A stretch of DNA of 64,000 bases, taken from contig CP129478.1 in assembly GCA_030583845.1 (NCBI GenBank), forward strand, positions 971,686 through 1,035,685, read 5' to 3'. The notes below the pieces were generated by a model, which was not told the DNA's origin, searched no databases, and saw only the letters and a program-made list of their open reading frames with translations. Made by a program: the position numbers and the translations under genes. The DNA comes from Candidatus Dojkabacteria bacterium. Lineage in GTDB: Bacteria; Patescibacteriota; Dojkabacteria; SC72; JAHDCA01. Of this stretch, positions 56,485 through 64,000 are shown piece after piece (within the stretch, counting starts at the first letter, position 1; each line of letters opens with the position of its first letter).

Positions 56485-58539
56485 ATGAGCACACTTAGTC
56501 GGAGACAGCTATTTACCCCGAGAACTTATAGCCACGAATATTCCAGCGCACAAGATGGCATGGCACAGGTAGAAAACGAGCAACAGCAAACAGCCTTCAA
56601 GAATGCGTATTCTCTAGCTATTGAAGGAGAGCCGATGTCCCAAGAGCGCTCTAGGATGATTCAAGAAGAGGCATTGAAATTCCCACCAAATATCTCTCCA
56701 AATGCTATGACCGTGGGTAGCGGCAAACCATTTGATGTTATTACTATAATAAATTATCAGTCAGTCGATCAAATCGATCAAAAGACAGGGCAGGGTATCG
56801 CTGCCCAAGCAGACCAACGGCAAGGGACTATAACTTACTTTAAACCTGAACAAAGAGGCGTTTTTTACCACGAATTGATGCATCTTGTCGACGCATCGTA
56901 CGGCTCAATTTTCAGTGACGCTAAGTTTACCGAATGGAGTGAAGATCGTTGGCCCCAACAGAATCGCGATGGGCTACCTGTGCATATGGAAAATATATAC
57001 AGCACTAAAGATTATGCAGAGTTTTTCGCAACAGCTGCAGAGTCACTCATGAAAAACCCCTCCGACCGCCTCGGTATGTTTGGTGTAACTGGTCTGACTC
57101 GTGAAGAGAAGATCAAGAAGGTAACAACGATTGCGATGCTTGAAGCTCTTAGAACCACTACGCGGGGCTTTATGGGAAAGGATTATTGGTATCAATCTAT
57201 AGCAGGACGAATGCACTGGAGGTACTGGCTAGAAGCGAAGCAGGAAGAATTTGCTGAATTTAATGTTGCAAAATATGTTGAGCTGAATGACTCAGAGAAA
57301 ACACCAGCAATAGCATTTGTTACGCAGAATAATCAACCGATTAACGCTCCTTTGCAAGAAAGCTCCGAGTATCAGTTGCATTCAAACGTTGACCATTACA
57401 TCGTTACTCACAATGGTACAAGCATAGGAATAGAGCTAGGTGTAAATGCTACAGGTTTGCGGATAATAACTGCTGATGAGAAGGTTCTTGATTTTACTAT
57501 CACTACAGACCCTATTGCGGTTGAAAATAAACTAATGCTCGTTCAAGAGAGCTTATTATCCGACTTTTCTGGATCAAGCAGCTCGATAGTTATGCCGCCA
57601 TTGATGATAACCCAATTGTATCCGTTGATAATAGCCGCTCGCGAGCGCTCACACATTAATAATACGAATACGCCCTCAACGGTAGATTACCAACCACCTA
57701 TGTCAACGACCAACAAACTGTCGAGAAGAGACTTCCTTAGACTAGGCGCGGTTTTTGCCACAATGTTGACGGCAGCTGCACTTGCTGGTTGCTCACCCTT
57801 GCCCACACCACCCGAGCCAACAGCTATAGGCAACTCGTCAACCGCAATGCCAGATCTCCCTTCTCCTGCTGACTATTCGTTACTTGAGCAGAAGTATAGA
57901 GCCTACAAAGTCTTTGATCCATACCCACGTGTAGAAACTGTGCCAGTGCCTGGAGTGTACATGAGTGAGACAAAATACAGACCAGATATCATTAAGTACG
58001 CTGACAGCATCAAGATCGTAGACGGTCAACTAGTGGTGATAATTAATGGCATACCATTTACCCAAGAAGACACGAGATTCAAAAGCGAACTTACATTTGT
58101 AAATCGGAACGATGCTACCGTTTTTCACCCATCAGCGACTTCCGCAAATTTCATTATAAAGATGGGCGCCGCAGCTCAAACCCACGAGATAATTAATATG
58201 ATTAGTACATCAGTTGAAATTGTTAAACAACAGTATCCAGGTGCGGAAATGCTTTCAGTCGGCACATTAAGTGACACCACTGTAGGCGATGGGCTCGATT
58301 CTCTACAGTATGATAACACGATCCAAGATACTCTATGGTTATATAGAGGTTACACAATAGCTGCCCCGCGTATACAGGAGATGATTGATGATTCTGCTCT
58401 ATATTTTGTACTTCGAACCAGCGACAACCAGATAAGGTGTGTGAAATTCTTTCAGATACTGCCACCGAGAGATCTTATTGATAATAGCCAGCTGCCAAAG
58501 TCACTCATGGATCAAGCAAGGTTAGTGCTTGGAGGGTAG
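56485..58539 (+). CDS. Large hypothetical protein. It has an N-terminal HExxH (zincin-like) region and an internal Tat-signal/lipobox-like segment; possibly a fusion of two genes.
   Basis: 'FYHELMHLVD' at about aa 130. At about aa 404, 'MSTTNKLSRRDFLRLGAVFATMLTAAALAGCS' has a Tat motif plus lipobox. The N-terminus 'MSTLSRRQLF' echoes it. Confidence 0.5.
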   Translation: MSTLSRRQLFTPRTYSHEYSSAQDGMAQVENEQQQTAFKNAYSLAIEGEPMSQERSRMIQEEALKFPPNISPNAMTVGSGKPFDVITIINYQSVDQIDQKTGQGIAAQADQRQGTITYFKPEQRGVFYHELMHLVDASYGSIFSDAKFTEWSEDRWPQQNRDGLPVHMENIYSTKDYAEFFATAAESLMKNPSDRLGMFGVTGLTREEKIKKVTTIAMLEALRTTTRGFMGKDYWYQSIAGRMHWRYWLEAKQEEFAEFNVAKYVELNDSEKTPAIAFVTQNNQPINAPLQESSEYQLHSNVDHYIVTHNGTSIGIELGVNATGLRIITADEKVLDFTITTDPIAVENKLMLVQESLLSDFSGSSSSIVMPPLMITQLYPLIIAARERSHINNTNTPSTVDYQPPMSTTNKLSRRDFLRLGAVFATMLTAAALAGCSPLPTPPEPTAIGNSSTAMPDLPSPADYSLLEQKYRAYKVFDPYPRVETVPVPGVYMSETKYRPDIIKYADSIKIVDGQLVVIINGIPFTQEDTRFKSELTFVNRNDATVFHPSATSANFIIKMGAAAQTHEIINMISTSVEIVKQQYPGAEMLSVGTLSDTTVGDGLDSLQYDNTIQDTLWLYRGYTIAAPRIQEMIDDSALYFVLRTSDNQIRCVKFFQILPPRDLIDNSQLPKSLMDQARLVLGG

Positions 58540-58548
58540 GGTGACGTG

Positions 58549-58637
58549 CAGTATCTGAGTAGGCGAAAGCCCTATGCATTTCTGAAGTATATGCGTGAGA
58601 AGATTAAGATTAGGTTTATTGATAAAGTGGGGATATT
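58549..58637. repeat. 89-bp direct repeat, copy 2 (immediately after, and in frame with, the TAG stop of CDS 56485-58539)
   Basis: See copy 1. It would encode 'VQYLSRRKPYAFLKYMREKIKIRFIDKVGILM*'. Confidence 0.85.
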
Positions 58638-58655
58638 AATGTGAACCTCTCACAG

Positions 58656-59483
58656 TTACGCGACCACACCCTCATATATGCAGTATCGCAGATACCCTTT
58701 CCTAGCCAACTTGTAATATTCTACCGCAGCAGTCGCATTTATGAAGGTCTTTTGTAGACCAAACAGCCTAATAAAGAAATATGGGAATCTGGCAAACCTG
58801 TACAACCTCCTGAATGATTTCTCAGCCTCAAGACTTACGTCCGTGACTTTAACATCTCTAAAGCCTGTTTTTTCCAACAGCTCCTTAAAAGTATTTCCTG
58901 TAAATTTGTCTAGACTAGCCATTGATGACCCCTCGTTAACCAGATCGTACATTCGCTTTTCATACTCGGTTAGTTCTACATCTTCATCAATCTTATATTC
59001 GAAGAAAACTGACTTCCGACCAGGCTTGACGACCCTGAAAGCCTCTTCAACCGCCTTAGCCAAGTCAGTAGCATGAGATAGTGTCTCTACAGCATATAAT
59101 CCATCAAAGCTATCATGCTCAAATGGAAGCTCCTGATACGATCCGTTGATAAATGTCGGAGGGTTATCGAGCATTGAATTGTTTTTCTTTGCTTCTTCTA
59201 CGATATAAGGGGTAAGATCGATACCAGTTATGTCTAAGCCATACCTTTGCGATAGGTCTTTCGCAACAATCCCTCTACCGCACCCTATATCGAGTACTTT
59301 GTGACCGGCTTCTAGATCGAGCTGCGCGAAGATTCTATCGTGGTGTCGCTTCTGTGCCTCCCATTCAGAGATGTTGGAATCACCGACAAGCGGATAAAGA
59401 CCGAAATGCTGTGCATCTCTTAGGAATAGTCGATATCCGATTCTTGACTCTTTTTTCCCGTAATAATCCTCGACTGTAGCCAT
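58656..59483 (-). CDS. Class I SAM-dependent methyltransferase
   Basis: Motif I 'VLDIGCGRGIVAKDL' and 'DGLYAVETLSHA'. Confidence 0.75.
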   Translation of the reverse strand: MATVEDYYGKKESRIGYRLFLRDAQHFGLYPLVGDSNISEWEAQKRHHDRIFAQLDLEAGHKVLDIGCGRGIVAKDLSQRYGLDITGIDLTPYIVEEAKKNNSMLDNPPTFINGSYQELPFEHDSFDGLYAVETLSHATDLAKAVEEAFRVVKPGRKSVFFEYKIDEDVELTEYEKRMYDLVNEGSSMASLDKFTGNTFKELLEKTGFRDVKVTDVSLEAEKSFRRLYRFARFPYFFIRLFGLQKTFINATAAVEYYKLARKGYLRYCIYEGVVA

Positions 59484-59544
59484 ATTATTGGTATTTTAAC
59501 ACAATTAGGAATCTATCCTGCCGCTAAATATGGTATAACCGCCC

Positions 59545-60192
59545 ATGTATGAATCTATTATCGCTAAAGCACTTCAACAAAGAGCAGAATACCAACTCCG
59601 CCACCAAGCCTTTCCGTGGGGAAATATGCCGAGCGAGGGTTTTGAAGCATGCTTGACCGACCCGTATGGTGAACCGTTCGAGATCTGTACTATAACTTCT
59701 GCTGGAGTACTTGTTGTTACACACAATCTTTCAGGTGGGCTTTCTGTCTTGTTTGTCAACGAAGAGGGAAATAGATGGGATATACCTTCAGAACACGTAG
59801 AATTAACAGATAGATCGCCAGCGGATACAGCAAGGCGCGAATTTCTAGAGGAAACAAGGCTCCAACTCACAACAGAACTGTATCCATTAACCTATTCAAT
59901 TAGACACAACAGTAGTAGAAGAATTGGACTGCAGTTTGTTACAGCTGCCAGCCACTTCCCAGAGCTGAATGCCGATACTTTGATTAGAGAGGACGACTTG
60001 GGCAGATTTTACTACCAGATACCTACTGAAACTGGCTTATATAGCATGGCAGAAGAGCCAATAGAGGTTTTCTTCTCGCCTAGAGACACATTGCTAAGCC
60101 TCTACAGCCGTAACCAGTGGGCATACACAAAAACCTTGGCTGCATTGGAAGAAAAAGTCGCACTTCTGCATGAGTCAGGGCTGTTACCGTAA
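59545..60192 (+). CDS. NUDIX hydrolase
   Basis: Nudix box 'PSEHVELTDRSPADTARREFLEETRLQL' (GX5EX7REUXEEXGU-like). Confidence 0.65.
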   Translation: MYESIIAKALQQRAEYQLRHQAFPWGNMPSEGFEACLTDPYGEPFEICTITSAGVLVVTHNLSGGLSVLFVNEEGNRWDIPSEHVELTDRSPADTARREFLEETRLQLTTELYPLTYSIRHNSSRRIGLQFVTAASHFPELNADTLIREDDLGRFYYQIPTETGLYSMAEEPIEVFFSPRDTLLSLYSRNQWAYTKTLAALEEKVALLHESGLLP

Positions 60193-60333
60193 AGAATCCT
60201 CTTCTAAAGCGATTTTATAATGATGTGGTTGATGGAGTGCTGTTTAAAAAGCAGACAGATGAGTGGCAAATGCCCTCAGAACCATCCACTCTATGGAAAC
60301 ATAGAGAAGCCTAAGACCACACGGAGGTGAGGT

Positions 60334-60672
60334 ATGTCAAACACATACCTGTTGTTCGCTTCTGCAGCGTTAGTGACTTTAGGCGCCTTCTTGGGGACTA
60401 GAAACAGGCGCTGGTTGCTTGTTTCCGTCGCCGGGACAGTCAGCCTGATATTTTTATGGCTGACCAACGGAAGCGAGCAGATATGGCAAGCGAATCTCTT
60501 CATCGGTGGTCTTCTGATTCTCTCCACTGTTGGGCCAATTAGCCAAAGGGCTAAAATATTGGCACAGCAAGGCGAGAAGCAGAGATCCTCGAGATGGGGG
60601 ATAGCCGCGGGCATCATTACGCTGATAAGTTCGGCACTAATGTTGCCATGGCCAATCTCCCAGCTGGGATAG
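60334..60672 (+). CDS. Small membrane protein (3-4 TM)
   Basis: 112-aa hydrophobic ORF; the overlapping minus ORF 60291-60692 looks less protein-like. Confidence 0.35.
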   Translation: MSNTYLLFASAALVTLGAFLGTRNRRWLLVSVAGTVSLIFLWLTNGSEQIWQANLFIGGLLILSTVGPISQRAKILAQQGEKQRSSRWGIAAGIITLISSALMLPWPISQLG

Positions 60673-60773
60673 GCTTGTCCTGGAGCTACCAATAAGTCCG
60701 CTTATGGGTAGCTCCACTTCAATATATGGTTGGAACTCACGAGATTCACAACAAAATAGACTATAATAGTCAG

Positions 60774-61352
60774 ATGAAAACCCTTAGCCGCACATTCTTC
60801 AGACGACCGCCAGAGCAGGTAGCACCCGATCTACTAGGCAAGCTACTAGTGAGAGAACTAGGCGGCCAACTACTAATAGGCAGAATCGTCGAGACAGAGG
60901 CATACCTAGCAGAAGATGATGACGCAGCTCACGCATCAAGAGGCAAAACAGCTGCCAATTCATCGCTTTTTCTGGACGGAGGACACGCCTATGTCCATCG
61001 AATCCACACATATTACTGCCTTGACGCTGTATGCCAGACACAAAATGCTGGGGGAAGTGTGCTTATCAGGGCGCTAGAGCCAATCCAAGGGATTGAGGCT
61101 ATGAAGAAGCTGAGAAATAAGCAAGGGCTCATGGATCTGACTACAGGGCCAGGTAAGCTATGCATGGCATTCGGCATTGATAAGAGCCTGGATGGCATTG
61201 ATCTTACAAGAAATGATTCACCATTAAGGATATGTGACGCAAATAGTAGTGGTAAATTTGCTGTAGAGATCTCTCGAAGGATAGGTATTAGTAAATCAAC
61301 TGAGTTTGAGCTAAGGTATGCACTCTCAGAAAGCAAGTTTGTATCTAGGTAG
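60774..61352 (+). CDS. DNA-3-methyladenine glycosylase (AAG/Mpg family). Start moved to the internal ATG.
   Basis: 'FFRRPPEQVAPDLLGKLLV', 'IVETEAYLAEDDDAAHASRGKT' and 'HAYVHRIHTYYCLD' match the Mpg family. Confidence 0.8.
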   Translation: MKTLSRTFFRRPPEQVAPDLLGKLLVRELGGQLLIGRIVETEAYLAEDDDAAHASRGKTAANSSLFLDGGHAYVHRIHTYYCLDAVCQTQNAGGSVLIRALEPIQGIEAMKKLRNKQGLMDLTTGPGKLCMAFGIDKSLDGIDLTRNDSPLRICDANSSGKFAVEISRRIGISKSTEFELRYALSESKFVSR

Positions 61353-61455
61353 ATACAATTCGTTAGGCATCAAGAGTATTCTCCTGCCATTATGCGATAG
61401 ACAAGCCACATACTTGCCCCTATAATCTCCAGTATATAATCTCAATCCTAGCTCA

Positions 61456-61962
61456 ATGGAAAACTCAACCGAGACAACTACAACAAACAATACAACGACT
61501 ACACCAAGCAAGAGCAAGAAAAAGCCACTTCTAATTGTTGCTATCCTCCTAATCGTTATGCTCGCAAGCTGCGCAACATGTGGAATAGCTTTCTACGTAA
61601 TTATGCAAGCGGTTGGTGAAGGAGCAAGAGATATCAATTCTACAGTGGTGGTACCACTATGTGAGGATTCCAAAAATGGTAATGTGACAAGCTACTTTTC
61701 GCCTGAGTTCAAATTAGAAAACGACGCTGAAGCTGTAGCCGAAAAGGCCTTTGGTAGCTATGAAAATTGTGACGAGCTGAAGATAGATTCCTTTTCTGCC
61801 ATCTTTACTAAACAGCACTCGGTAATGATCCAGGCAGATCTGTCTGGTACAACGGCTGATTATTCATTTAGAAACGATGATGGAGTAAGTGTTAAGCTCT
61901 ATCTGAAGCAGGATGGAGAGGCCTGGGTGATAACAAATGTCTCGTTTATTGAGCTTTATTAG
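61456..61962 (+). CDS. Membrane-anchored hypothetical protein (Thr-rich N-terminus, 1 TM)
   Basis: 168-aa ORF. Confidence 0.45.
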   Translation: MENSTETTTTNNTTTTPSKSKKKPLLIVAILLIVMLASCATCGIAFYVIMQAVGEGARDINSTVVVPLCEDSKNGNVTSYFSPEFKLENDAEAVAEKAFGSYENCDELKIDSFSAIFTKQHSVMIQADLSGTTADYSFRNDDGVSVKLYLKQDGEAWVITNVSFIELY

Positions 61963-62376
61963 GCTAACGAGATTCTCAAGATACAAATTCAAAGCCCATA
62001 GTGGTATAATCCCAGGCATTTACATTGTACTTACAAACCTAAAGACGTTATGTACGCGTTCGATCCGTATAACAACGAAGGTCGTTCATTTCCAGATGAC
62101 CCACAAAACTGCTTCCAATCAGCAATTAGGATAGTTGAAGCCCATGGCGCAGGGGATGTGTATTGGCTGCCTGAACAAGAACACTTTTATATGTTGTAGT
62201 ACCTGGGCAAGAATACGCTTTCGGCGAAAGAAACGATAAACCCAAGTTGAGTGCCTCTTATGTAGTGCAACACGGTCAACTCCAATGCATTACAGATGGT
62301 GATATTGCTCTTTGGAGCTAGTCATGTCTACCAATAAACCGTCAATAGTAGTGGCCTTATCGATAACTTTCTTTGG

Positions 62377-62700
62377 CTACTTATACCAAGGAACCATCTT
62401 CGCAGCATCAAACCCCTCAAAATTCTCAAGCCTTCCTACAACAGTTCCTATCAAGCCGTAATCCTCACCCTTCTCCCACGCCGCTTTCGAGCCATTTACA
62501 AAATCGACCAAAGCATCTCGTAGCTCAGAGTTAGAAAAAACATCAGTGACAGGCGCGCTATCGGCAGACCCACTAGGCACTTTAATAGGCGCTTTTGGCA
62601 GCTTAAATACCATCTGCTCAGCCTTTTGGAGCGTCTCTGAGTTTATACCTGGGATTGACTTAACCTCTGCGATAAGGGCTTTTACTGCTGCCTCGTCCAT
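62377..62700 (-). CDS. Hypothetical protein
   Basis: 107-aa ORF. Confidence 0.4.
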   Translation of the reverse strand: MDEAAVKALIAEVKSIPGINSETLQKAEQMVFKLPKAPIKVPSGSADSAPVTDVFSNSELRDALVDFVNGSKAAWEKGEDYGLIGTVVGRLENFEGFDAAKMVPWYK

Positions 62701-62809
62701 AATGTGAATGATGAAATATTATCTTATTAACCATTGTAGCAACCACTATTCAATTCCACAAACCTGCCAACAGATGGAGAGCCTAAGCCCCCCATCTGAA
62801 TAAACTATG

Positions 62810-63787
62810 CTACAACGTGCAGTTTGTACTGTTATGGTAGTATCGAACAGACGAGATGGTTGAAAGACCATTCTGAACTATCGGCACACCATTAGAATAG
62901 GTATCGATACCGAGATCCCACATAGAGCCGGTAATACACCGTGTCGAGCCTCCACCGTTAGCATGCTGATATATTCGCGCTGATTTGAAAGGGGGCACAT
63001 ACATAGAACGTGTAAGGTCATTAAATGTTGTTAGGTTGTATAGCCCTGGATTGACATACTGCTGCCTTGGTCCATTGCAGTTTGCGTTCTCAAAGAGATT
63101 TAGTTGAGATGCGCTAAAGGTATTGCAGTGTGAGCCATCGTGCTCAAAAGGTGCGGCGAAGATGTTTGGACCACCTGTATTGAAAAGAGCCTTACCTTGG
63201 CCCAATAGAACTCTACCTTGCTGTCCATTTAAGTATGAATAGATATTCTTATACAGCACTGAATGCAAGTGACAGTACTGCGTTCCTGTATTACCAACAA
63301 GACCTAGAAATTGTCCCGCTTGCACTGTTGTACCCACTGGAGGAGAGACCGAGCCAGAAACCAGATGAGCGCCCCTCCATGCGAAGTTGCTGTTTTGATT
63401 GGACTGAATAACTACCTGATATCCATAACCTGGATCAGGGTTCGCAACGCCTTTAAAGATAATTGTACCTGAGATAGGAACCACTACATGCTTATAGCAA
63501 TCCTCATTATAGGATCTCCAGTTCCAATCATCTGCATAGTAGTCACCACCATAATGGTAAGGACTGCCTGTCACTACCTGCCAGTTACCCGTAACACCAC
63601 CATAATTGCCCAATCGATTATCCCAGCTAGCACCTCTCTGCGCCCAGATAATATGTGAAGTCCCTGAAGAATTGAGCGCAAATGGAACCATCGCCCAAGC
63701 GCTACTTGGGACCGCCAAGATTAAGAGCGCTATTGCGATCGTCAACACACCACTCTTTACCCTCCTGAAACAACGGCGAATTGCCAT
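62810..63787 (-). CDS. Secreted M23-family (LytM-like) metallopeptidase
   Basis: Signal peptide; 'YHYGGDYYADDW' (HxxxD) and 'GNTGTQYCHLHSVLY' (HxH). Confidence 0.8.
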   Translation of the reverse strand: MAIRRCFRRVKSGVLTIAIALLILAVPSSAWAMVPFALNSSGTSHIIWAQRGASWDNRLGNYGGVTGNWQVVTGSPYHYGGDYYADDWNWRSYNEDCYKHVVVPISGTIIFKGVANPDPGYGYQVVIQSNQNSNFAWRGAHLVSGSVSPPVGTTVQAGQFLGLVGNTGTQYCHLHSVLYKNIYSYLNGQQGRVLLGQGKALFNTGGPNIFAAPFEHDGSHCNTFSASQLNLFENANCNGPRQQYVNPGLYNLTTFNDLTRSMYVPPFKSARIYQHANGGGSTRCITGSMWDLGIDTYSNGVPIVQNGLSTISSVRYYHNSTNCTL

Positions 63788-64000
63788 TCTGATATGTCTA
63801 AAAAATTATATATGCTGTACCCAAACTTATATAACTCTACTTTTAGTATCTCAAAATTTGGTAGCGAAAAGTAGTAGCGGAGCTAACCTGTAGTGCAGTA
63901 CCCATACATGTAAGTGTGGTAGTATAGATCAATGAGAATTTTGACTATCCAAAATGCATTGAGACTCGAAGAGATAGCGATGTTTGCGCTGAGTGTTATA

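Noticed and set aside
60291-60692. 133-aa minus-strand ORF
   Set aside because: Fully overlaps a plus-strand hydrophobic ORF that looks more protein-like; neither is certain.
1-64000. CRISPR arrays, rRNA genes, IS elements/transposases, integrases, reverse transcriptases
   Set aside because: No repeat-spacer periodicity, no rRNA-like conserved stretches and no DDE/tyrosine/serine recombinase or RT motifs were recognised in any frame.

Overview
This is a gene-dense bacterial window with moderate GC (about 40-43% by eye) and three recognisable zones.

- **Housekeeping, 1-23 kb.** The genes I can name include the pyrD 3' end, an ABC exporter, a long adenylate-kinase homolog, prephenate dehydratase, a CaCA exchanger, a frameshifted P-type ATPase, a DAG-kinase-family lipid kinase, a dual-specificity phosphatase, sufCB with a truncated sufD, an ECF sigma/anti-sigma pair and lysS.
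- **Envelope/exopolymer cluster, 22.5-39 kb.** The named genes here include a Lon-like ATPase, an Ig/C39-peptidase protein, two paralogous secreted proteins, an acyltransferase-3, a CapA-like protein and a BNR surface protein.
- **Accessory region after tRNA-His, about 43-58.6 kb.** It starts with an islet bounded by imperfect direct repeats that carries a cytoplasmic AAA ATPase plus S8 subtilase pair. This resembles the ATPase+subtilase arrangement I recall as IetAS. It is followed by a MazG-like gene immediately upstream of a GIY-YIG/DUF2075 ATPase gene, then a heliorhodopsin with an APH-like kinase and an RNA methyltransferase interrupted by an in-frame TAA. The heliorhodopsin-containing cassette is bracketed by 89-bp direct repeats.

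Other features:
- Four tRNAs, including two tRNA-Pro copies embedded in a duplicated about 200-nt module with conserved hairpins and a partial tRNA 3' end duplicate.
- A probable T-box leader upstream of lysS.
- A 28-bp perfect palindrome.
- A hexamer microsatellite.

No CRISPR array, rRNA, transposase, integrase or reverse transcriptase was recognised. All product calls rest on motifs recalled from family knowledge; no database search was possible.
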